Assembly: GCA_016281935.1 (NCBI GenBank)
Contig: JAEEJN010000059.1
Span: forward strand, 11,493-75,492
DNA length: 64,000 nucleotides
Direction: 5' to 3'
Origin: Bacillota bacterium
GTDB lineage: Bacteria > Bacillota > Clostridia > Christensenellales > UMGS416
The first letter of the stretch is position 1. Each line of letters opens with the position of its first letter. Shown piece by piece: positions 47,962-56,954 of the stretch. Under the pieces are notes generated by a model. The model was not told the DNA's origin and made no database searches. It saw only the letters and a list, made by a program, of their open reading frames with translations. Made by a program: the position numbers and the translations under genes.

Positions 47962-48735
47962 TCAGCGGTGGATATACATTCGTGACGGACTTTTTTCTCC
48001 GTCGCCCTGCGCCATGCAGAAGAACTCCCATCCGTACTGCTCGTAAAAACCGGTCAGGTCGGTGAGGAGATACAGCGGAGAGACGCCCCGGGAACGCATG
48101 TCCTCCACCGCCATGTCCAGGATCCTTCCGGCGATGCCCTGCCCCCGGCAGTCTTCCTCCGTATAGACCGCGCAGACGTTGGGCGTCAAGTCTTTCCTGT
48201 CATGGAAATCGTTCTCGATGACGCCCGCGCCTCCGACGATCCTGTCCCCGTCCAGACACAGATACCACCCGTACTCCGTCTCACCGTTCAGATAAGCTTC
48301 CATGCAGGCGAGGTAGCTCTCTTTCGGCACGCCCCATCTGGCATGGAACCATTCCGCAGCCTCATCCGCTAGGTCGGGACGTTCCCGCAGGGTCACATAC
48401 GCGTATCCCGAGAGGTTCCTGCGCGCCTGAGGGTTGTTCCTCAGGATGGCCTCCAGTTTTTCGCAGCTGGCCATTTCCCCGCAGTCCCCGCAGGTCGTGA
48501 CTTTTCTGCTCATGGCGCACTGCCGGATCGGGCAGATCGAATCGCAGAAAGGCGTTTTCACGCCCTCGATCCTGCAGCCCGTGCAGGCGATCATCTCCGG
48601 AGTGATCTCCGTGCGGTTCAGTTCGGACCAGAGTTCGGCCGTTTTCCGGCGCAGCGTCTCGTCACCGTTCACCGTAGCGAGACGGGCGTCGCACGTCCCG
48701 CAGTCCAGTCCGCAGTAAGCGATCAGATCTTTCAT
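47962..48735 (-). CDS. DUF3795-like Cys-rich domain fused to GNAT acetyltransferase
   Basis: 257 aa. N-terminal YCGLDCGTCD...CTGC...CPIRQC...CGDCGEMASC. C-terminal GNAT motif CRGQGIAGRIL. Confidence 0.7.
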   Translation of the reverse strand: MKDLIAYCGLDCGTCDARLATVNGDETLRRKTAELWSELNRTEITPEMIACTGCRIEGVKTPFCDSICPIRQCAMSRKVTTCGDCGEMASCEKLEAILRNNPQARRNLSGYAYVTLRERPDLADEAAEWFHARWGVPKESYLACMEAYLNGETEYGWYLCLDGDRIVGGAGVIENDFHDRKDLTPNVCAVYTEEDCRGQGIAGRILDMAVEDMRSRGVSPLYLLTDLTGFYEQYGWEFFCMAQGDGEKSPSRMYIHR

Positions 48736-49238
48736 GTTTCCCGTTCCTTTCGGATCTCATAATACGTCAGGTCCCTTTCGACACCGAGATAGCTCAGTTC
48801 TTTCTCCGAAAAGCGGCTGTAACGCATGCCGCATTTTTCCATCACGCGCCGGGAAGCGTCGTTCCCGGTGAAGAAAGACGCGCATACGCTCCTGAATCCT
48901 TTTTCATCAAACAGGTATTCCAGAAATCTGCGGACCGCCTCTGTCGCGTAACCCCTTCCCCAGTAGGCGGAGCCGATCCCGTAGCCGATCTCGCAGGCGC
49001 CTTCATCCTCATCGAAGTACAGGATGATGCCGATCAGGCGTCCCGTTTCCTTCAGCCGGATCGCGAACAGATCCCTTCTTCCGGGATAGGAGGAAAAATC
49101 GAATTCATCCAGTGTTTCCGCGTACCTGCAGATAAAGGTCTCCAGCACCTTCCTGTCATGGGAGATGTTGACGAAGTAGTCCTCTTTGTCTGTCTCCCGG
49201 ACCGGGTCCAGGATCAGCCGTTCCGTCTCCATTGTCAT
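48732..49238 (-). CDS. GNAT-family N-acetyltransferase (RimJ/RimL-like)
   Basis: Blocks TERLILDPV and YWGRGYATEAVRRFLEYLF. Start ambiguous: ATG 49238 or 49232 (the latter is 7 nt after GAGGA). The track start would overlap the TetR gene. Confidence 0.8.
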   Translation of the reverse strand: MTMETERLILDPVRETDKEDYFVNISHDRKVLETFICRYAETLDEFDFSSYPGRRDLFAIRLKETGRLIGIILYFDEDEGACEIGYGIGSAYWGRGYATEAVRRFLEYLFDEKGFRSVCASFFTGNDASRRVMEKCGMRYSRFSEKELSYLGVERDLTYYEIRKERET

Positions 49239-49242
49239 ATCC

Positions 49243-49851
49243 TCACACCCGTCCCGTCTCATGCATGCCGTATGTTTCGGTAAAATGGCGGCTGAACGCC
49301 TCGATCCTTTCCATAGCCCACTGGGTCTTGTCGGGTTCGCGGTCGCACAGCCGGATCAGAGCCGAAACAGGCGCGGTGTAGGCGAATGCCAGCATCTCCG
49401 GATCGCCCCGCACAAGGAGTCCTTTGTCCATCATGGCTTCGAATGTGCGTGCGAACATGTCAGTGAGCCCGGTCAGGAAGTGTCTGGTCGCAAGTTCCCT
49501 TGCCCGCCCGTCGCGGAACTGTTCGATCGTCAGCACTTTTCGGATCCTGACGATCTTCTCGTCCCGGATCGTAATGTCCGCCATCCGCATCGTCAGCTCG
49601 GTCAGTCCTTCCGGTGTATCCGGCACAGGCGGAAGATGATCAGCCGAGCCGAAGCGCTGCCCGTAATAGGCGATCATCTCATCCAGGAGCGTGTTCCAGA
49701 TCTCTTCCTTGCTTTCGAAATGACGGTATACGGAAGACTTGACGAGGCCGAGTGCAGCCGCAATCTCCCGGATGTTCGTTCCCTCATAGCCCTTTTCTGA
49801 AAACAGTTCCAGCGCAGCCTCCAGGATCCTTCCCTTCGTATCCTTCGCCAT
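49243..49851 (-). CDS. TetR/AcrR-family transcriptional regulator
   Basis: 202 aa. N-terminal HTH RILEAALELFSEKGYEGTNIREIAAALGLVKSSVYRHF. Confidence 0.85.
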   Translation of the reverse strand: MAKDTKGRILEAALELFSEKGYEGTNIREIAAALGLVKSSVYRHFESKEEIWNTLLDEMIAYYGQRFGSADHLPPVPDTPEGLTELTMRMADITIRDEKIVRIRKVLTIEQFRDGRARELATRHFLTGLTDMFARTFEAMMDKGLLVRGDPEMLAFAYTAPVSALIRLCDREPDKTQWAMERIEAFSRHFTETYGMHETGRV

Positions 49852-49935
49852 CAGGCCCTCCTTGTTGCAAAAAATGACCGCTCGTTCACATTATAGTGAA
49901 CGAACGGTCACATGTCAAGCCGACAGCGCTGGGGA

Positions 49936-50487
49936 TCACCGGATACGGACGTATTCGTTTCCGTTCCTGCTCAGGATGCCTTCGCTGATCATATCTCTGC
50001 GGATGGTGCAGTAATCCTCATGGATGGGCAGTATGATCTCATCGAGTTCTTTTTCGCTGTACACCCTGCCGGGAACGAAGTGTTCCGCGATCACTTCATA
50101 ACAGATCAGTTTCTTCTTTCTCTGAACAGGTATGGATCTGAGCTTTCCGTACTCGAAGAAGGTGTCAATCACTTTCCGGCGGTATGCGTCTTCCCTTTTG
50201 TGCTGCCCGTCCTCTCCTTCCGGTTCCGAAGCCGCTGCGCCGAGCAGCGTATCTCCAAGCACCTCGCGATTGAGTGAGTAGACGGTATAATACTGCTCCT
50301 TGTGCTGGGAAACGATCCCCGCCTCTTCCAGTTTTTTCATATGGAAAGAAACGGTGGAAGCAGTAAGTTCCAGCCTTTCGGCCAGGAGTTCCGTGTACAT
50401 GTCTCCCTCTGTCAGGGCCCGCACGATGCGAAGCCGGGACATGTCGGACAGAGCCTTGAAGATCCTGAGCGCTTCCTCCTGCGTCAT
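49936..50487 (-). CDS. ArsR-family HTH regulator with DUF2087-like C-terminal domain
   Basis: 183 aa. Blocks FKALSDMSRLRIVRAL and VSFHMKKLEEAGIV. Confidence 0.75.
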   Translation of the reverse strand: MTQEEALRIFKALSDMSRLRIVRALTEGDMYTELLAERLELTASTVSFHMKKLEEAGIVSQHKEQYYTVYSLNREVLGDTLLGAAASEPEGEDGQHKREDAYRRKVIDTFFEYGKLRSIPVQRKKKLICYEVIAEHFVPGRVYSEKELDEIILPIHEDYCTIRRDMISEGILSRNGNEYVRIR

Positions 50488-50819
50488 TTTTCCGCCTCCG
50501 GGAAATGCGCGATCACGTCCTCCAGAGCCTCCAGCTTCGTTTCTTCCACTACGACGTTCCTGGTGTCCCCGTGCTCTTTCGCCTTTTCAAGTGCCGAACC
50601 CCATAGCGACCTGAAACGATCGAACTGAGCCTTTACCGCCAGTGTACCCGCTCCAGGACGATCCTTGAGAGCTCCCGTCACGGTCCTGCAGACGTCGTAG
50701 ATATTCATACGCACTTTCGCGAAATCCGCATCGTCGTGACGTCCATCCGCTTCCAGTGCCTGGATGTCCTTTTTGCCCTCCTCGATCCTGAGCGTCAGGT
50801 ATTCGATGAATTCTTTCAA
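50484..50819 (-). CDS. Hypothetical helical protein
   Basis: 111 aa. TTG start 7 nt after AGGAGGG. ATGA-type overlap with the ArsR gene. Confidence 0.5.
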   Translation of the reverse strand: MKEFIEYLTLRIEEGKKDIQALEADGRHDDADFAKVRMNIYDVCRTVTGALKDRPGAGTLAVKAQFDRFRSLWGSALEKAKEHGDTRNVVVEETKLEALEDVIAHFPEAEK

Positions 50820-50866
50820 AACAGATCCCTCCTGTCTGAATATTTATTTTGATGTCCATCGAAATG

Positions 50867-50895
50867 ATTATAGCTCCCGATCCGCAGGATGTCAA
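50867..50895 (-). promoter_or_regulatory. Putative promoter of the hypothetical-ArsR operon
   Basis: Minus strand: TTGACA, 17 nt, TATAAT. Flanked by AT-rich inverted repeats at 50846-50865 and 50894-50911. Confidence 0.5.
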
Positions 50896-51021
50896 TATCC
50901 ATTTTGATATTTATCTAAATAAATTTTCAGTCTGAAACAAGTGCGCAACGTCCTCATGCCATCCGGTGTCAATGTACATACAGACTCCGCGTCCTCAAAG
51001 GGTTGGAGCGGGAAACAGAAA

Positions 51022-51045
51022 CAGCCGGGGCATGAGCCCCGGCTG
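51022..51045 (-). terminator. Terminator after serine hydrolase gene
   Basis: CAGCCGGGGC-ATGA-GCCCCGGCTG. On the minus strand it is followed by TTTCTGTTT. Confidence 0.6.
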
Positions 51046-51125
51046 GATGATCACTCCTCCGGATACAGGAACTGTTCTCCTGCCGATGAGTACGGAATGT
51101 CCGTATGCTCTCTGTTCCTGCTGGT

Positions 51126-52115
51126 TCAGTCGAGTCCTCTCAGGATCGAGAAACCGATCTCCTCTGCGTTGACGAGTCCGTAATTCACTGCGACCGCCAC
51201 CGCGGTCCCGTTCTCACGGTTCAGGCCCAGCCATGCGCTGAAGGCACCGGCCGAACCTGTATGCCAGCTGAAAGGCCGGTCTTTCTCAAGTCTCCAGGCA
51301 AGACCGCTGTCCGCGTTCTTCTCACAGGGCCCGTGGATCTCATGGCACAAAGCCAGATACGGCAGCGAGCCGTCCAGATTCTTCAGAGCGAAATCCAGAA
51401 GATCGTCTGTCGTGGAATTCAGCGCGCCGGCCGGAGCGATCGCGTCCGTTTTCTCCCACTGCCAGCAGCGGCAGGGCTGGTCTTTCCGGTCGTAGCCGAG
51501 GAGATCGACGTTTCCGAGGAACGTATCCTTCAGCGCAAGATCTTCACGGATATAACGGCTTAAGGCGTCCCAGAACCCGGCTCCGTCCGTCCTGCCCACG
51601 ATATAGCCCAGGATGCTCATGCCGATGTTGGAATACACGAAAGGATACGGCCTGTCCCGCAGCACCGTGTCCCGTACGATCCGAATCATCCCCTCATCGT
51701 CCAGCTTTCCCCGAAACGGATTGGTGTGGAACAGTCCTCCCTCCCGGTTCATCTTCAGAAAAAAAGGGATCATCGTCAGCAGCGTATACGGCTGCGTTCC
51801 AAAACCGGAAGTATGGGTCGCCAGCTTCTCAAGGCTCGGGTACCATCTATCGGGGAGGTCCGGGATATACTCGCTGATGGGGACCGTCAGATCCAGTTTT
51901 CCTTCCGACACGTATTTGGCAAGAAGGGATGCCGTGAAAGGTTTACAGATGGATCCGACGGGATACACGAGCTTATCGGGCTTTTCCTCCCTGTCGGGGC
52001 CCCATTGCACGGTCTCCTTCCTTCCGTCCCTCAGGATGCCGACCGTCAGTTCGACGTGTTTTCTTCCCTGATACAGTCTGTCGATCTGCTGTTTCGATGC
52101 TTCCGTCAGTTTCAT
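51126..52115 (-). CDS. Serine hydrolase (beta-lactamase/PBP-like, class C fold)
   Basis: 329 aa. S-x-x-K (SICK) and Y-x-N (YSN) motifs. Confidence 0.8.
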   Translation of the reverse strand: MKLTEASKQQIDRLYQGRKHVELTVGILRDGRKETVQWGPDREEKPDKLVYPVGSICKPFTASLLAKYVSEGKLDLTVPISEYIPDLPDRWYPSLEKLATHTSGFGTQPYTLLTMIPFFLKMNREGGLFHTNPFRGKLDDEGMIRIVRDTVLRDRPYPFVYSNIGMSILGYIVGRTDGAGFWDALSRYIREDLALKDTFLGNVDLLGYDRKDQPCRCWQWEKTDAIAPAGALNSTTDDLLDFALKNLDGSLPYLALCHEIHGPCEKNADSGLAWRLEKDRPFSWHTGSAGAFSAWLGLNRENGTAVAVAVNYGLVNAEEIGFSILRGLD

Positions 52116-52179
52116 GCCGGTCCTGCCTTTCTCCGCGTTCCCGCGGGACGGTCCTTCATCTGATCACAGGATCCCCGGA

Positions 52180-53070
52180 TCAGCGGTAATACTCTCTCAG
52201 GCTCTCCACCAGAGCCTTCGCTTCCTTCTCCTCCAGATCGAGCAGCGGGGCCTTCACGTGTCCCCCGCCTACACCGCGGTCGTCCAGGACGTGCTTGTAG
52301 ATGGACATGTCCGCTCCGTAGCGCATCTTCTTCACCATGCTCACGGCGGTGTACTGCGCCTCGCGCGCTCCCTCCATATCGCCAGCCTTCCACAGACGGT
52401 AGACTTCAACGAAAGGCTCGGGGATGCAGCTCGCGCATCCGGACACCGCTCCGTCGGCACCCATGGAGAGGGCCGGGAGGAACAGGTCGTCGGGTCCGAA
52501 TACGACCGAGAACTTACCGCCGTTCACCCGGCAGTAGTCCATCATCCGGCGGATGTCCGCAAAGGAATACTTCACGCCGATCACGTTGTCCGGGCAGGCG
52601 TCGGCGATTTTCTGCATCGTCTCCGCGCTGACGTCGTTATGGGCCAGCTGAGGGATGACGTACACGTATACCGGGAAGCCTTTGGGCAGTCTGGAGCAGA
52701 TGCCGCGGTAGTACTCGACCATCATGCGGTCGTCCAGATTGAAATAGCTGGGCGTCACGATGCCGACGCCGTCCGCCCCTATGTCGTGGGCGTGCAGGGA
52801 CAGCTCCACCACTTCTTCCGGATCCATCGCGCCGCAGTGGATATATACCGTCACACGGCCGGCAGCCCGGCGCACGACCGTCTCCGCCACCAGCTTGCGC
52901 TGTTCGGCAGTCATGAGATACATCTCGCCCGTCGTCCCGCAGGGATACAGGCAGTTCACACCCTTGGAAATCTGGAAATCCACCGCCCGCTCAAGAGCCG
53001 TCACGTCCACGTTCCCCTTTTCATCGAAAGGGGTCGTCATCGCAGTGATCACACCATACAGTTTCTTCAT
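52180..53070 (-). CDS. Dihydrodipicolinate synthase-family lyase (DapA/NanA-like)
   Basis: Start moved to ATG 53070 (AAGGAGAAGGAAC RBS). Blocks TAMTTPF, GTTGE and the Schiff-base Lys in GVKYS. 296 aa. Confidence 0.85.
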   Translation of the reverse strand: MKKLYGVITAMTTPFDEKGNVDVTALERAVDFQISKGVNCLYPCGTTGEMYLMTAEQRKLVAETVVRRAAGRVTVYIHCGAMDPEEVVELSLHAHDIGADGVGIVTPSYFNLDDRMMVEYYRGICSRLPKGFPVYVYVIPQLAHNDVSAETMQKIADACPDNVIGVKYSFADIRRMMDYCRVNGGKFSVVFGPDDLFLPALSMGADGAVSGCASCIPEPFVEVYRLWKAGDMEGAREAQYTAVSMVKKMRYGADMSIYKHVLDDRGVGGGHVKAPLLDLEEKEAKALVESLREYYR

Positions 53071-53688
53071 GTTCCTTCTCCTTGTCTTCGATGAGTCTGT
53101 CGATATGTTTGGTTCCGAATATCGCAAATGGCACAGACCGATCCCTTCAGGCAGAGATATCGGACAGATCTCTGACCGTCCGACCGGCGCTCCGGGCTGC
53201 CGGATCCCGTCCGCTCCTGCCCGAGAGAAGGGCAGTTTTCCCTAAATAATCCGATTTTCCATACGGATACAGTCTATGCAATCGCTTTCTGTTTGTCAAT
53301 GGAATCCCGAATGAACATGCTGTTACCCTGCTCATTCATGGATCTGTTCCGAAGAGATCTTCAGTTTCCGCCGGTCAGGTAACAGATGACGACGGAAACC
53401 ACGATCTGAACGTCGAGCCGCTCAATGATCTTCCTGTTCTCGTTCATAGAATGCCCTCTCTTTCGCGGTACTATACAAATAACGACCCGTACGTGATCAG
53501 AAGCGGATCGTTATTCTTTGATAAATGTACCCAAAAACAAATCGATTGTCAACTTGTTTCTGCACGCAGTACCGCCACTGAGATGCAGAAAGCAACAGGC
53601 CTGAACAGGATATCTGAAGACCGTGAACACCCTGTTCCCGGTCTTCCGTCTCTCGTATCGAAGACTCTGCATCCGTCGGGGGACGGTC

Positions 53689-54873
53689 TCAGGCTTCGTA
53701 AGCCATCCGGAGCACTTCGAGATAGTCTTCCTTTGTCATCGGACGAGGATTGCTCTCGGTGGAAATGTTCTTCGCGGACATCTCGGCGATCGTATCGAAA
53801 TCTTCCGTCTTCACGTTCAGGGAACGGAAATCGGGAAGTCCGACTGCGCGGCACAGTTCCTTGACGGCACTGACGGCTATCTGCGCGCCTTCGCGTGCGT
53901 CCGTGAAGAAGAATCCCATGGCCTGCGCGACCCGCGCGTACTTTTCGACGCAGTAATCCATATTGTATTCCATGACGTAGGGCAGGAAGATCGCGTTGCA
54001 CATACCGTGCGGAAGATCATACAGCCCGCCGAGGGACTCCGCGACACAGTGGACGGAGGCGACGTCGCTGTGACTGAAGGACATGCCGCCGAGCATGCTG
54101 CCCATGAGCATCGCGCTCCTTGCAGGCAGATCCGTTCCGTCTTTGACAGCCGTTTCCAGATTGTGGTAGATGAGCTCAATGGAATACAGAGCGAACGCAT
54201 CGGCGATCGGCTCCCCGCAGTTCGCGGTATAGCCTTCGATCGCATGGGTCAGCGCGTCGACGCCCGTGGAAGCCGTCACCATGGGCGGTACGGAGACCGT
54301 GAGTTCAGGATCGCAGAGCGCGAGCTTCGCCGCCGTGAAGGGACTCTTCACCGTCATCTTGTAGTGGTTCTCCGTATCCGTGATGACAGAAGAAAACGTC
54401 AGCTCGCTGCCTGTTCCGGAAGTCGTGGGGATGGCGATGAGCGGAAGCTGAGGCTTGGTCGCAGCCGTTTTCCCTTCATAGGGCTTGATCCTGTCCGCAC
54501 CATGGGCGAGCAGAACGCCGACAGCCTTCGCACAGTCGATCGGACTTCCTCCCCCGACGGCAATCAGCGAATCCACGCCGAATGCACGTGCCTGACAGGC
54601 ACACTCCTCACAGTTGGCGTCTTTGGGATTCGGTTCCACACCGCTGTAGACGATGCACTCATAACCGGCCGCTTCCACGAGTTTCCTCACCCTGTCCGCG
54701 ATGCCGGCTCTGACGATCCCCTCATCCGTAATGATGACAGGACGGGTGCATCCGATCCGTTTCATCTCTTCGGGCAGACGCGCCAGTACGCCCGGACCGT
54801 ATACGATCTCCGTCGGAAGCGTGAAACTGAAGGCATCCATGGGATTCGGATTCGAAAAATGATAAGGCTGCAT
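53689..54873 (-). CDS. Iron-containing alcohol dehydrogenase
   Basis: Start moved to ATG 54873 (AGAGGAGA RBS). GGGSPIDCAKA and His-rich metal site. 394 aa. Confidence 0.85.
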   Translation of the reverse strand: MQPYHFSNPNPMDAFSFTLPTEIVYGPGVLARLPEEMKRIGCTRPVIITDEGIVRAGIADRVRKLVEAAGYECIVYSGVEPNPKDANCEECACQARAFGVDSLIAVGGGSPIDCAKAVGVLLAHGADRIKPYEGKTAATKPQLPLIAIPTTSGTGSELTFSSVITDTENHYKMTVKSPFTAAKLALCDPELTVSVPPMVTASTGVDALTHAIEGYTANCGEPIADAFALYSIELIYHNLETAVKDGTDLPARSAMLMGSMLGGMSFSHSDVASVHCVAESLGGLYDLPHGMCNAIFLPYVMEYNMDYCVEKYARVAQAMGFFFTDAREGAQIAVSAVKELCRAVGLPDFRSLNVKTEDFDTIAEMSAKNISTESNPRPMTKEDYLEVLRMAYEA

Positions 54874-54969
54874 GGGGATCTCCTCTTTCTGTCCTTCGTG
54901 TGTGATCGGATCCGTTCCGCATATGCGGCGGTGACGGTTCACGTACTTCTTATCGAACTGAATACGTGT

Positions 54970-54998
54970 ATTATAATCATTGAACTGAATGAGTTCAA
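54970..54998 (-). promoter_or_regulatory. Putative promoter of the Fe-ADH gene
   Basis: Minus strand: TTGAAC, 17 nt, TATAAT. GAACTGAAT direct repeats lie at 54955-54963 and 54982-54990. Confidence 0.45.
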
Positions 54999-55099
54999 GG
55001 AGGAACGATCCATGTCCGACCAACAGCATCATTTCTTCAGGATCCGCACCGAAGCCGGAGAGTTTTCCCGCAGAACGGTGGAGACAGGAACACTGGGGC

Positions 55100-56191
55100 C
55101 TATTCGGACAGGAAGCCCAGTGTCATCAGCCATTCCACGATCTCTTCTCTTTCCGTTCCGATCTCAAAACGCTTTCCCTCATCCCAGTGAGCGTCCGGAG
55201 CCAGCGGATGGAGATTTTCAGCGCTCATTCCGAGGGGACTGGAATGGGAAGTGCAGAACGGAACGATCCTCTTCCCCGAAAGATCCACGGTCTCCAGGAA
55301 AGTATACAGGATCCTGGGAGCCTGACCATGCCAGATCGGATAGCCGATAAATACAGTGTCGTATCCGGCAGTATCCGGCAGGGTGCCCGCGATCTCCGGT
55401 CTGGCTTCCGGATCGTTCTGCTCCCTGTCTGCGCGGCAATCCGTATAATACCTGATATCTTCATCGGTATAGGGGATCTTCGCCCGGATCTCATACAGAT
55501 CCGCATCCAGTTCCTCTGCCGTGTATTCCGCAAGCGGCTTCGTATGGCCTGTGCAGGAAAAAAACACGACCAGCACTCTGCCGTTCTCCGCCGTCCGAGA
55601 TTCCGAGGACAGCGAGAAGGTCACTGTGACGTCTCCGGATCCGAGGATACTCTTCAGTTCCTCCTGAGACAAGCCCTGAACTTTTCCGAGGCGCGTGAAA
55701 CTCCAGCTGTTCACGTCGTAGTAGATCGTGATCTGGTTCCCCTGATAAAGGATCAGGTCGCCGGGTTCCGTCGTGACCGGCCCATCGTTCGTGGGAAGGT
55801 CCGTTCCGAGAGGGCCGACTTTTTCGAAGCTGCCGTAATCGTGCATCTCGACCGTCACGTCACCGCTCTCCAGAAGCACGAGAAACGCTTCCGCAGAAGA
55901 ATTCTCCGCCGCGAGGATCTGCAGCACGCTGCCGTTTACATGGGCATATATCATCTGTTCTCCATCCTCCGTCGTTTCAGGTCCGGGGGAAACCGTCTCC
56001 TCGGGCCCCGTCTCCCCCCGTTCTTCTTCCGCTGCGGATACAGGCATTTCCGGTACAGCCATCTCTGTCTGCTGCACAGTATCTTCAGTGCGCGCTGCTT
56101 CCCCTTTCCCGGCAGCGCTGCAGCCGGACAGCATGAGCAGGATCCAGCCCAATACGAATGCCGTGACACGGAAGATTCTACGATCGGTCAT
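55100..56191 (-). CDS. Lipoprotein: cyclophilin-like domain fused to flavodoxin domain
   Basis: Start moved to ATG 56191 (AAGGAGGAAAAGAA RBS). Lipobox LLMLSGC, Glu/Pro-rich linker, and a C-terminal half alignable to the flavodoxin at 57508-57978 (LYEIR..IPYT, FIGYPIW, IVPFCTS). 363 aa. Confidence 0.7.
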   Translation of the reverse strand: MTDRRIFRVTAFVLGWILLMLSGCSAAGKGEAARTEDTVQQTEMAVPEMPVSAAEEERGETGPEETVSPGPETTEDGEQMIYAHVNGSVLQILAAENSSAEAFLVLLESGDVTVEMHDYGSFEKVGPLGTDLPTNDGPVTTEPGDLILYQGNQITIYYDVNSWSFTRLGKVQGLSQEELKSILGSGDVTVTFSLSSESRTAENGRVLVVFFSCTGHTKPLAEYTAEELDADLYEIRAKIPYTDEDIRYYTDCRADREQNDPEARPEIAGTLPDTAGYDTVFIGYPIWHGQAPRILYTFLETVDLSGKRIVPFCTSHSSPLGMSAENLHPLAPDAHWDEGKRFEIGTEREEIVEWLMTLGFLSE

Positions 56192-56349
56192 TTCTTTTCC
56201 TCCTTGCTGAAACGGTACGAGATTCCGTCCTCTGTACCCAAAGCATATGGCAATTTTATCATATTGCAAATCACCCGGCTCTGCAAGCAGCATCCCGAGG
56301 AATGTCTGAAGCCGGCTCCACTTTTTTTGCAAACAGGCCGCAGAGGCTC

Positions 56350-56378
56350 TTGACAGTATATATCGCGTGCGATATAAT
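56350..56378 (+). promoter_or_regulatory. Putative promoter plus perfect palindromic operator of the MarR-gpx-flavodoxin operon
   Basis: TTGACA, 17 nt, TATAAT. TATATCGC-GT-GCGATATA (56359-56376) overlaps the spacer and -10. The core TCGCGTGCGA is repeated at 56391-56400. Confidence 0.55.
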
Positions 56379-56422
56379 ATACGCAACAAGTCGCGTGCGA
56401 CATGATGCACGCAGGAGGAAAC

Positions 56423-56881
56423 ATGAACGACAGATACGCGCCTCTGCGTCTCAAAAACCAGCTCTGCTTTCCGATCTATGCGGTCTCCAACATGATCACC
56501 CGGAAATACAAGCCCCTGCTGGATAAGCTGGACCTGACTTACACCCAGTACATCGTCATGATGGTCCTCTGGGAAGAGAAACAGGTCAATGAAAAGTTCC
56601 TGTGTGAAGCGCTCTGTCTGAAATCCAACACGGTCACCCCTCTCCTGCAGAAACTGCAGGCAAAAGGGTACATCGCGAAGAAGAAGGACAGCAGCGATGA
56701 ACGCAACCTCGTGATCTCACTCACGGAAGCGGGTGAAGAGCTCAAGGAGAAAGCCCTCTGTGTCCCGCAGAGCATCGCTCAGGAATTCCGCCTGACGCCC
56801 GAAGAAGCGTCCGCCCTGTATCAGATCCTGTACAAGATGCTCGATCAGGAATACGGCGCCTGCCTTCCCGATGCCGACTGA
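56423..56881 (+). CDS. MarR-family regulator, OhrR-like
   Basis: Start moved to ATG 56423 (AGGAGG 4 nt upstream). Blocks LKNQLCFPIY and LTYTQYIVMMVLWE. 152 aa. Confidence 0.8.
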   Translation: MNDRYAPLRLKNQLCFPIYAVSNMITRKYKPLLDKLDLTYTQYIVMMVLWEEKQVNEKFLCEALCLKSNTVTPLLQKLQAKGYIAKKKDSSDERNLVISLTEAGEELKEKALCVPQSIAQEFRLTPEEASALYQILYKMLDQEYGACLPDAD

Positions 56882-56954
56882 CTGCTCGAACCCGCTGTTT
56901 TCCAGGAAACAGAAACACAATATACGACATCACAATTGAGAAAAGGAGAAAAAC

